Assembly: GCA_012295275.1 (NCBI GenBank)
Contig: CM022673.1
Span: 25,544,001 to 25,608,000 of the forward strand
DNA from: Chrysomallon squamiferum
Taxonomy: Eukaryota; Animalia; Mollusca
Reading direction: 5' to 3'
DNA: 64,000 nucleotides
Shown here: positions 1-12,169 of the stretch, one piece after another
Numbering within the stretch: position 1 is the stretch's first letter
Layout: each line of letters opens with the position of its first letter
Program-made: the position numbers and the translations under genes
The notes under the pieces: model-generated
What the model saw: the letters and a program-made list of their open reading frames with translations, nothing else
Databases searched by the model: none
Told to the model about the DNA's origin: nothing

Positions 1-235
1 AATGGTTTTAATCAAAAAAAGATAATAACTAAATGGTAAAACAGTTTTCTTTTATTTTAGACTTCTTTTCATATTTCATTTGCCCCCCATTTCTCCAGAG
101 AGTAATTTGTGGGTAATGTATATGCAGAAAATTGAAAGGAACAAAATTACAATTTTAATTTATAAAATGTTAGGCAGTGACGTGTGTTGTTTGTAACAAG
201 AATAGGTTAAAAAGATTTGTGTGTTTGTTTTTTAG

Positions 236-3200
236 GAATGGAAACAGAAGAAAAGTGAGTTTAGCGAATACATCAAGACACAGGAAGCTCGCGCAGAAAT
301 GAAAGGGTTAACACTGAATGCTCTTCTTATCACCCCCGTTCAGAGAATTCCTCGGTAAAAGTCTTACAACACATCATTATTTAGAGAAAAACCCCATCTT
401 GAATCTTAGTTTTCCTACAGCTATTCTTTTTTGAAATCATCAATCTTATATCACCTTGTATTATTTACTTCATTAAATCCTTTGGTAAATTTTTAAACTT
501 AATGTACAGATATTTTTGGAATATTTGTCTTCCATTATAACTAGTATCTGTTTCTCTTTGGTATTTACTTTACTGAACTCCTTGGAACTCTGTCTTCCAG
601 TAAAACATTTTTTATTGCATTATATTATTATTACTTAATTCTGACAGTTTACATATTTTTTTTTTTTTTTTTTTTTTGTTAATTTAAAGATTTATTTGAA
701 AACTTTGTATTTCATTTTAATTACTTTGTATTAGTACTGTTACACAGTGTTATTTAACATGGATCCATATCTTCCAGTCAACAATTGTATTTCAGATTGT
801 AACAATTTTATACATTTTTAAACATCTCCACGTCATCAACAATAACAGTGTTGTATTACAATCTGGTAGTTGCATGTTTTAACATGTATAACACTGTTTT
901 ACATTACAATAAAAATGATGTAATATTTGTCATGGAAATCTACTTTTACTATAATATGAATCATCAGTAACTGATTTAAATGATTGTTTGATGAAGTGGG
1001 AATAAAGTATATTATGAATAATAATTTTAAAAAAAAAAATGACATTTGTATAAAAAGGAAAAAATTTGTGTCAGTTCTATCACAAGTTTGGAAATGATTA
1101 TTTTTAACAAAAAAAACAAACAATTAAAGAAGACTTAATATTGTTCTTTTAATTCTTGTGTTGTCAAAATAATGAACTGTAAATTTTATTTGTTCATCTA
1201 GCTACAAGCTTCTGCTTGAGGATCTTTTGGCACACACACCTAAAGATCACCATGACTACCAACATCTGCATGGTCAGTGAGCTATTGCCATTTCATACAA
1301 TTAACATTGTCCATTTTTAAAGTGTACATTTTTGTTATAGAATTCTCCATATTGTTTAACATATAACTGCTGTTCTGTAAGTCTTGTCTCTTTATCAAAC
1401 GTCGTTTATTACAGAGTTATCACCCCTGCTGCACATATGCCTTTACTTATTTTAATTTCTATATGATTATTATTTCCAAACCTTAATCTAAAAGTTTGTC
1501 CTATTTAATGATGGAGAATTTATTTTTACCTTTAATGATTATTTCTGTATATTCTTTACATTTTACACACACTAAGCCAATTATGTAAGGAATATAAGTG
1601 AAAACGATATTCTGATGGTATTTTTAAATTTGCAGATGCAACAACTCAGATAGCTGATATAGCCATGCATATTAATGAACATATTCGTCAGCATGAAAAC
1701 TTCCAGAAAATGTTGAGTATTCAGAAAAGTTTTGATCAGTCTGCACCCAAAATCCTAACACCAGGCAGACAGTTTATCAGAGAAGGTATTCTTAAAAAGG
1801 TAAATGAATTTACCTCAGTGAATCATACACATGTTTTTATTATATTATTAATCCACTGAAAATTATATTCTATCTGAAATTTTATAGACATTTTTAAGTG
1901 GGCATTATTTATTGTTAATTTCAAAAAGTTGTTAATAATATGATAAGAATTAAAACAATACAGATTTTATCAGGTTTAAATTAGATATCAGTAACATATT
2001 TTTTAATGATTCAAGATATTGATTTTTTTTTCTTAATTCACTGATCTGATTGGTCTGAAAATTTAAAAATAAAAAGTTCAGTTTGTTTATTAGTATTTTG
2101 TTGTTTTATAAAATCTGAAGGCTTTTAACTTGACTGTTTAAAATTTATTTATTTCAGATCCGAAATATCATTCCACCATATTTGATTGTATAATAGTTTC
2201 AAATGAAAATGTGATTCCATATTTAACTGTAATAATAGTTTCAAATGAAAACATGATTCCATCCTTTACTGTATAATAGTTTCAGATGAAAACGTGATTC
2301 CATATGTTACTGTATAATAGTTTCAAATGAAAACGTGATTCCATATGTTACTGTATAATAGTTTCAAAGTAAAACCTCATTCCACACTACACTGTACACT
2401 GTTCTCTCTCACACAGGTTACATGTTCTGTTCTCTCACACAGGTTACATGTTCTGTTCTCTCTCACACAGGTTACATGTTATGTTCTCTCTCACACAGGT
2501 TACATGTTCTGTTCTCTCTCACACAGGTTACATGTTCTGTTCTCTCACACAGGTTACATGTTCTGTTCTCTCACACAGGTTACATGTTCTGTTCTCTGAC
2601 ACAGGTTACATGTTCTGTTCTCTCTCACACAGGTTACATGTTCTGTTCTCTCACACAGGTTACATGTTCTGTTCTCTCTCACACAGGTTACATGTTCTGT
2701 TCTCTGACACAGGTTACATGTTCTGTTCTCTCTCACACAGGTTATATGTTCTGTTCTGTCTCACACAGGTTACATGTTCTGTTCTCTCTCACACAGGTTA
2801 TATGTTCTGTTCTGTCTCACACAGGTTACATGTTCTGTTCTTCTCTCATGTTCTGTTCTCTCTCACACAGGTTATATGTTCTGTTCTGTTCTGTCTCACA
2901 CAGGTTACATGTTCTGTTCTCTCACACAGGTTACATGTTCTGTTCTCTCTCACACAGGTTACATGTTCTGTTCTCTCTCACACAGGTTACATGTTCTGTT
3001 CTCTGACACAGGTTACATGTTCTGTTCTCTCTCACACAGGTTATATGTTCTGTTCTGTCTCACACAGGTTACATGTTCTGTTCTCTCTCACACAGGTTAC
3101 ATGTTCTGTTCTCTCTCACACAGGTTACATGTTCTGTTCTCTCACACAGGTTACATGTTCTGTTCTCTCACACAGGTTACATGTTCTGTTCTCTCACTCA

Positions 3201-6200
3201 GGTTACATGTTCTCTCACACAGGTTACATGTTCTGTTCTCTCTCACACAGGTTACATGTTGTGTTCTCTGTCACACAGGTTACATGTTCTGTTCTGTCTC
3301 ACACATGTTACATGTTCTGTTCTCTCACACAGGTTACATCTTCTGTTCTGTCTCATACTGTTACATGTTCTCTCACACAGGTTGCACGTCGCACGGGGAA
3401 GGCACAGGAGAGAATGTTTTTCCTGTTCTCCGACGTTCTGCTGTACGGCAAGGCCAGACTGCTGGACAGTGGTAGAAAGACGTACTCCTGCTGCTGTGTC
3501 CTCCCTCTCAAACACTGCCACGTCGAGCCTGTCTTCATCACCAACCTGCCTAAACTGGACAGCGGGGGAATGTTCATGGTTGTTGTTTTTTTTAGTTCAG
3601 ACTGTTTGTTTAGGTTATATGTTTAAGGACTTTAACGCAGCCTAATTTTATAAATTCTGTTATATAAATGTATTTTGAAAATTTTATTGTAATTTGTTTT
3701 ATATAAACCAATGGTTTAGATGTTGTTGTATCTGACTTTAGGTATCTGTTATAGTTTCATGATGGTCAGTGTTCTAGTAATCATATAGAACAAATCTATA
3801 GTAACACTGATGTCTTTAATAATCCATTAGAACATTTTAATAGAGCAGTTGGTTTGGATGCTTAGGATTAAGAATATGTATACAACAAAAAGAAAAGAAA
3901 AAAGAAAGAAATCTTGTAGAGAAAAATAAATGTTGTATTTTTCCAGATTTCCTGCAAAGATGAATGTTTGCTGTTGTACTCTGACGATGTTGAAAATGCT
4001 AAATCTTGGACAGCAGATTTTAATAAAGCTATTACGTTAGTATTTTACTGAAAACAGTTTGTGTGTTAAACTTTATTGCTCTGTTTGTATCCTAAAGATC
4101 AATGTCTCTTATTAATAAATGGTCAAATTATGAAAGAATTTACAACATTATATAAATGGTAAATAAAAAAGATCATCTGACCATTTCTGCAAGAACTAAT
4201 TTAATTTTATGTTTGAATTAGTGTTACTTTACTGATAACAGCTTCATATTTTTGGTTAATAATGGTTTGTACAAAATATTTGTCTAATCTGGAAACAAAT
4301 ATATAAACAGATAAATGACCTCGAGACAAATCAGTGTCATTAACTTTTGTTTCAACATAATCTTTCTTCCTTGCCAAATCCATTTTCCCACATTAACATT
4401 GTCCTTTGGATAATTTCATGGCCATCTGGTAGTAAAAATTGGTCTCAGATGAACTGTTACTTATTTTATTTATTTTTATTTTTTAGAAAACTCTGCACTG
4501 ATCGCAAAACGCTTAGGAAGCCAAGTAGTAACAAGATTCCTCTCAAAGGGAAATCACTTCGCAGGAAAACACGACAAGACAAAAAGGAGGAGCAGGCTTT
4601 CAAAGTAATGTCAAGTTTTATTAAAATTTGATTCTGTTTTGTTATTATTTGTTTTAATAACTGCCATAATGCTAGTTTGGTGTTTGCTACTAAAGTTTCT
4701 CTTTAAATGAAATGATTATAAAAATAAATAGCAAATGGAATTTGTTTCAAACAGTGTGTTATATCATAAAATATTTCTATGTATCCATTATGTCTATTTA
4801 TATATTTCTGTATGTCTATTTATATATTATTGTATATCTATCAATATATTTCTTTATTAATATATTTTTGTGTATCTATTAATATATTTCTGTATATGTA
4901 TTAAAATATTTATGTATATCTATTAGTATCTTTCTTTATTAACATATTTCTGTTTATCTATTAATATAGTTCTGTATATCGTATATTTGTTAGTTTATAT
5001 ATATCTCATATATCTATTAGTATTTTTCGGTGTATCTATTAATATATTTCTGTATATTGTTTATTATAGTTCGTTATATTTGTTAGTTTATACATATCTC
5101 TATATCTCTTAGTATTTTTCTGTTAATATATTTCTTTATTAATATATTTATGTATATGTATTAATATATTTGTTAGCACACATATCTGTTAATATTTTTC
5201 TATATATGTATTAGCATATTTCAGTATAAATCTATTAAAATATTACTTTATTTCTGTCAGTATACATCTCTGTTAACATATGTGTACAATACTTTATTTC
5301 TATCAGTATACATCTCTGTTAATGTATGTGTACAATACTTTATTTCTATCAGTATACATCTCTGTTAATGTATGTGTACAATACTTTATTCAGAACATCA
5401 AGCACCATGCAGTGAGGGATTCTGTTGTAAATTGTTCTCCAGTCATAGAGAAGCTGGAACCATACTGTGAGCAGCTTGTGTCTGACCTGAGTAACTGTCT
5501 GACACCCGTAAAACACAGACACGCCCCAGATGAAAACTGTGACCCATCAAACAAGGTGTTCTCTGAACTAATGTTAGAAAAAAAGGTTTGTTTATCTAAT
5601 ATCTTCATACGCTTGTATCAGATATGAACCCTTTCGTGAAAAATGCGTAAAGCTTGTGTTTGTTTTTCCTTTTCTTTTTTTTTTTTTTTTTTTTTTGAAT
5701 TCAAAACAACATTTAATTTATAATTTTTAATTCAATTTATTTGTTTGTTTTTTGTTTTATTTATTTATTTATTTAACTTATTTATTTATTTATTTTGTTT
5801 GTTTGTATTTTGTATGTATATATTTGTTTGTATTTATTTATTTATTTGATATTTACTTATTTATAACATTTTAAAATTACCTAATTTTCCTTGTTACATT
5901 TTGTTATTAAGTTATTTTTAAAAAATTACATCCAGTTCCCTGTAATTTTCATTAAATTATTTATTAGCAACTTTTTTATGTTGAATTGAATTAAACTTTT
6001 TGACAACAATTGCTGAGAATAAAAATATATAGGAAATGTAGTTTTTATATAGATCAAACATCTAACAAAAAATGATTTTTAGACTTAATATAATACAGGA
6101 CGGAATGTTTCTTACATTTTTCAGAAATCTGATTCTCCATTTAGTAAATATGATGAAATGACATAAAATTAGTAGAAATTAATTTTTGCGTGAAGGATCT

Positions 6201-7211
6201 TTTAAAAAATTATTTTGGTAGAATTGGAACTAAAATCAGATACTGAAACATACCAAAAAATAAAACAACTTGAAGAGTATTTCACTAAATCTTTGATGTT
6301 AAAAAAAAAAAAATGTTGTTTTCAGTGTTGTGACAATCTGACAGAAGTGACAGACTCTGACATGTGTGATGTGTTTTCACCACTTGATGATGTCACTCAG
6401 TACCCTGCTCAATACCAGTCACTTGACACACCTCTGTCACATGACTCTTCTGTGGGGCTTCCATGTGAAACACGCTGCGATGCAGTGACATCATCATCAC
6501 CACACTGTGACGACGTTGTCAGGTGCTCAGAAGTGTCCTCACCATCGTTGCACACTGAAGTGATGTCACTGCCGTCATGCACGCAGGTTTCATCCTTGCC
6601 GCCATCTAAAGCAAGATCGACGTGGAAAAGTCCTCACAGACTGCGCTCCACTCACAGACCCAGCCACAGACCAAGTCTGATGTCCTGTTTGCAGAAACCA
6701 ATTTCTCGGTTTGTGACGTTTTCATGTCAAAATCACCTGAGCATTGTAAACTGATGATTGTGTGTTTGTGTGTGTGTGTGTGTGTGAGAGTGTGAGAGAG
6801 AGAGAGAATGTGTATATATCTGAATAAATGTCTGTGTGAGTGTAAGTGTGTGTTTGTGTGAGAGAGATAGTGTGTATACTTATATAAGAATTTCTGATTG
6901 TTAATCTGTTAATATTATTAATTATTTTATATGATAATCTTTTTGCTAGATGATTATTTGTGTGAAAAATGAGGGAAAATAAAGTTTTAAACAATTTTTC
7001 TGTGTGTGTGTATGAAAGTATTTGTACATGAATGTTAAAGTTTTGAAAAAAATTAAGAATTCGGTGGAAATATGAGCCAAGTTTTATGTTATTGTTGTGT
7101 TAAAATGTTTTTTCTCTGCATTTCAGGATTCTGCGATCAAGAAAACACACTCAGAGTTCTTGTATGTCACTCAGAAAATCACATTTACTGTCTAGAGTTT
7201 TCAAAAAATGA
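236..7211 (+). CDS. ARHGEF39: Rho guanine nucleotide exchange factor, DH-PH, ARHGEF39-like (5'-partial; 9 exons in window)
   Basis: Phase-consistent GT-AG exons: 236-354, 1202-1272, 1636-1799, 3381-3578, 3947-4035, 4487-4604, 5394-5585, 6326-6708, 7127-7211 (TGA). DH C-terminal motif LLITPVQRIPRYKLLLEDLLAHTPKDHHDY. PH domain PGRQFIREGILKK|VARRTGKAQERMFFLFSDVLLYGK...CVLPLKHCHVEPVF...GGMFM|ISCKDECLLLYSDD...W resembles ARHGEF39 as recalled. The last four exons are less certain. Confidence 0.8.
2185..2370. repeat. ~41-bp minisatellite, about 4.5 copies (tgtataatagtttcaaatgaaaacgtgattccatatgttac)
   Basis: Direct tandem copies visible in RhoGEF intron 3, just before the acceptor array. Confidence 0.85.
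2400..3380 (+). repeat. 26-28-bp minisatellite (ttctgttctctctcacacaggttacatg), about 35 copies; the unit is a 3' splice acceptor
   Basis: The array ends exactly at the exon 4 acceptor tctcacacag|GTTGCA (3380/3381). Confidence 0.95.
5245..5393 (+). repeat. 46-bp repeat, 3 copies, ending at the exon 7 acceptor
   Basis: cagtatacatctctgttaa..tgtgtacaatactttatt starts at 5258, 5304 and 5350; the last copy ends tactttattcag|AAC (5393). A degenerate AT-rich repeat (~4780-5230) precedes it. Confidence 0.85.
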
Positions 7212-8064
7212 TTTCAGAACTTCATAGTGAATGGGACCAATCTGATTTGAGTTAAATGAATTTACTTTAGTGGTTAAAAAAACTGGAATTATTTTAGTAA
7301 AAAAAAAAAAAAAAAAAAAAATAAAATTGTTTAAGTAAACAAAATTGAATTTATTTCAGTGAACTTATTTGCAACAGGGTAAATGGTGCTTTTATGTAAA
7401 TAGTCTAATTATAATTTATAATTTATCATCAGTAATTTATTAACATCAGTTTATAAAAATAGCTAATGATTAAAATGAGATTGTCAAGGATTAAAAAGAC
7501 AAGATCTTGGAAAAATATTCCTGCTATTATGTGATAAGTTCATTAACATCAACTTAAAACATTACTGTTGTAATTTGGTGTCAGATATAATTATATTGCT
7601 GCTTAGAATAAAACACAAGATCATAATGGTGTTTGACAAAGAAATCAAACATAAATTAAAAAGCTCAAAAAGAAGTATTAATACAAGCATTCAAATAATA
7701 GTCCAAAATGAATGATTATATGTATATATTAAATATGGTTGTATTTATGTTGTACTTCATGTAAAATGATATTTAAAAGATTTAAAATATTCAGTTTGAA
7801 AAATTGTCTGCATATCACCAGAACTCATTCCATTAAATGATTTTTGTCCTCAAAATCATCCTAGGTTGCTATAACCACTATTGTAAATTTTCATTACAAC
7901 TGGCAGTCTATTTCATAAAGTAAATCTAGCTTACATTTATTGTAACTTAAAATAAAAAATGACAGTAAATATAAATTTGTTATACTGCTGTTACTATCTT
8001 AATTTAAAACCAGAGCATACAAATGATGTCTCTTATTCTACTTCCCAAAGAAACTATAATTAAT

Positions 8065-8109
<45 letters not shown>

Positions 8110-9099
8110 ACTAAGGTAAGACCAGTTTTCTTTCAGAACTTTTAAAACAGCAGCTAACTGCAAAATACCATTCCAAGCTGTATATGACTATATTTACATT
8201 CTCAGCTGTATTGTGTATATCTTATATACGTGACAATAAAGGTTTATGTATCACTGTTTGTATAATTTACATACACACATAGCAATATATTTTGTAGATA
8301 TTATTATGTAATACATGTATATTTTGTATATTATGGAACACTGGTATCATTAAACTAGAAAAATACTTTTTATGTTAACAGAGACAATGTTTAATAAATT
8401 TGTATAATTTCTCAGTATAGTTTTTTTTTTCTTCTTTTTTCTACACATTACTAGTACTATTATAATTTATACCACTATAAAGAAAAATGTTAATAAAATA
8501 TTAATAAACATAATACTTAAATAAGATTTACAAAAAAAATCTTTGTTCAGTAAAAGGTAATAAAAACACATAATGGAATGAAAATAAATTCACAGTAATG
8601 AAAAACAGTTGTCCTTGGGTGGTGGTTTTTAAAGCATATAAATAAAATATAAGCTGGATGTAGGCCAGGTATGACTCCAGGTGAAAAAAAAAACAGCCCA
8701 GATACCACAGGTGACAGGATTATCAGCCTCAGATCTAGTTTAATGTCATTTCTCAATATAAGGTAAAACTCATTTTTGACGTGTGAAAATAAAAAAGTGA
8801 ATTTAAATGTCAGCTTGATAATAATCCAAAATAATGAGAGTCACACGAAATGGTCTGATTCAAATGTCACTAACAACACGGCCAAAATTAAGTGATTCTT
8901 TAACAAAAAGCCCTTGAATTAAACATCACATTATAAAATGGCTAAAACCAAAAGCAATAAAAAAATGGTCTAAATCAGAGGCACAGATTTTTAAAAATCG
9001 AGTATTTATATATTCACTGTTCATAAAAATATTAAATTATTTTTATGTTTACATCGTTGTAAAAGTAAAACTAATGATGAAATATTTGTGAGCAGACTA

Positions 9100-9900
9100 C
9101 ATGTTGATGGTAGATGCTGGTAACTGGATCAGATCTCATCAATTCTGTCATTCCCATTCCAACCATTGCTCACCTCTGTCTATTTGTCAAACATACTGAG
9201 CTGTCTATGGGTGGGTGGAGATACAAAATTACTTGATGCTAATCACGAAGCACTAACCATGGGTAACTGGTTTACTGATCTTTTTGCTTGTTATCAACAG
9301 TGTGTAAAATGTTATAAAACATTTGTCGAGTGCATCATGAATAAAACAGTTCATTTAAGTAGGTTTATCTACATCTTGTATACTAACCTATTTCTCATTT
9401 CCACTTTAAAACAGACTGTTTGAACTATAGCCCAAAGCTACAGTGATGTTAGTTTACAAGGTTAATCCAGCCATGTTTACTGAGCTATAAAGATGAGATA
9501 GAATCTGCAAATTTCACTTACTGATTTAGTTCAGAATTTACTGTGAGTAATTTTATTTTATATTTCTTTTCAAACAACCAGAGACCATTTAAATAGATGA
9601 ATTCTATTTGTGCAAGTTGATTATTTTCTAAGCTGAAGATTTTGATTTTTTTTCTATTTTTTTGATTGTTATGCTGTGAATGTAAATGGAGCAGATGAAA
9701 GAAAGCAGTTTTTGATGAAGATGTGACAAATCTTTTCAATGGGTTATTGGTGTAACACTGAGCTGTCAGAATTCTGTGGAATAGATGCAAAGGTTTTTAT
9801 ATCTGATTCCATCCCAAATCCAAATCACTTTTACTTCCACTGTACACAATTATGTCAGTTTTGACTCACTTAAATCTTCTCATTGTCTCAAATGATGCCA
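9100..9900 (-). pseudogene. Probable decayed leucine-rich-repeat protein fragment
   Basis: Minus-strand translation gives LDLGWNQI*, LTAQCYTNNPL and KIFSLENNQLAQIEFIYLNGL (LxLxxNxI/L-like), interrupted by stops and frameshifts. Boundaries approximate. Confidence 0.35.
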
Positions 9901-10101
9901 CTCTAAGATAAAAATGAGTTCTGCCTGAAAACACATTTTCCCATATACATTGTTGCTATATAGTCTAATTTAAAATTCACTTTGGTGACCCTAGAGCAAG
10001 TCTAGCATGCTCTCCTGTTACATGTGTCTACTGACTGACAGTGTCAGCACAAACTGAACCATGTCTTTGTTGAATTCATGTGTGTATGTCTGTGTGTCTT
10101 T

Positions 10102-10148
<47 letters not shown>

Positions 10149-10409
10149 TTGCAATATTTATTCTTATTTCTTTCATTAATAATATGTGGCTGCATGATTT
10201 ACTTAAAGAAGTAAAATATTTCTTTTATAATCAGTATCTCAGTAACCAGACAATTATGCTATACAAATAACAGTAAGAAGGGAGAAAAAAATGTGTAACT
10301 GTTTATTCAAACTTACATTTGTCAGGTATATGTAAAAATATATACACATATAATAGTGAAAGCTCTTTATGTGGAAATTATTTAAATATAATAACACATG
10401 ATATAGAAA

Positions 10410-10956
10410 GCTCTGTATATGAAAACTATAATACATAATAACAAACACTTTATACTATAAGAAAGTGCAAATCTGTATATGAAAACTATAATACATAATA
10501 ACAAACACTTTATATTATAAGAAAGTGCAAATCTGTATATGAAAGCTATAACACATAATAACAAACACTTTATATTGTAAGAAAGTGCAAATCTGTATAT
10601 GAAAACTATAACACATAATAACAAACACTTTATATTATAAGAAAGTGCAAATCTGTATATGAAAGCTATAACACATAATAACAAACACTTTATATTATAA
10701 GAAAGTGCAAATCTGTATATGAAAGCTATAACACATAATAACAAACACTTTATATTATAAGAAAGTGCAAATCTGTATATGAAAGCTATAACACATAATA
10801 ACAAACACTTTATATTATAAGAAAGTGCAAATCTGTATATGAAAGCTATAACACATAATAACAAACACTTTATATTATAAGAAAGTGCAAATCTGTATAT
10901 GAAAGCTATAACACATAATAACAAACACTTTATATTATAAGAAAGTGCAAATCTGA
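10410..10956. repeat. 60-bp minisatellite, about 9 near-identical copies
   Basis: Unit aaagtgcaaatctgtatatgaaagctataacacataataacaaacactttatattataag is in register on successive 60-nt lines; it explains spurious ORF 10382-10924. Confidence 0.95.
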
Positions 10957-12169
10957 AAATATATGGTGTAAACTCTCTCTTAAATCCTGGACTGCTCTTT
11001 CAGTGGTGATTTATATTTTACATATGATTAATTTAACTAAATTGTCTGTTCTACAAATATCACTGGAGTGAAAATGATAAAATAAAATATTTAAATTTTC
11101 TTTTTGTTGACCAATATTTTGTTGCTGTTATTATTTACAAATGAAAAAAAAAAAAGAAGCAATATGTATATATGTTTTTATATTTATAAAATATGAAAAG
11201 TGTTTTATAATCAAATATGAAAAAAAGAAAAAAAGAATTTGAAATATACATGGAATGTTCATCTGGTTTCCATGGATACTAATGTTATATTGTGATAAAA
11301 GCAAAATTTTGAAGCACAAATCAATCTTTTTGTATATCTAAGTATTGTTGCTTTAGGCATCATCATATTTCATTAAACCTAAATTTTTTGTTCAGTATAT
11401 CTACGTCTATACCTAAATTTTACTAGTATATACATTCACATATACATATATATTTTAGGTTTATGCAATGACATAATAGTCAGAAAAATAATTAAAACAA
11501 AATTACTTAAAATCACAATGCAAAGCAAGAAAACAACAACAGACACCCTCCATGAAACAAACAGCAAAAACAACTCAAAACTTATTAACATAACTATTTT
11601 GATCTTGATGATGTTTTGTACGTAGAATAGGTGTGAGTGTGAGTGAGTGAGTGTGTGTGTGTGCGTGCGTGTGTGTGTGTGTGTTCACAACAGATCTATC
11701 AATTAATCAATAACATCTAACAACATGGTCACTGTTTCTTTCAACAAGTGAGAAAGACTAAATAAATAAAAATAAATAAAAGAACTTATAAGCAAAAGTG
11801 TACTGGAATTAAAAACAAAAAGAACACTCTGTAAAACATTGTTCATTAAGAAACAAAATATAAATTAAAAAGAAGCTTTAAAACAAACATTCACATAATA
11901 GTCCAAAACAAGTGATATATGTATATATATAAAATATCGTTATACTGATGTTACTTTTTGAAAAACTGGTTAAATATCTATATTATAGAAAATTAGTATT
12001 CTTAAAGTATCCTTACTTTTTAAATTATGTTAACAGAGACACTGTTTAATAAAATAATAAACAAAAATTAACATGTTGGACATAGACAGACAGGAATCGG
12101 TGTATAAAAGCTATTTCAGAAAATGTTGATGTATTTACTGGAGACCTGATTTCCTGTTCTGGATCTGCT

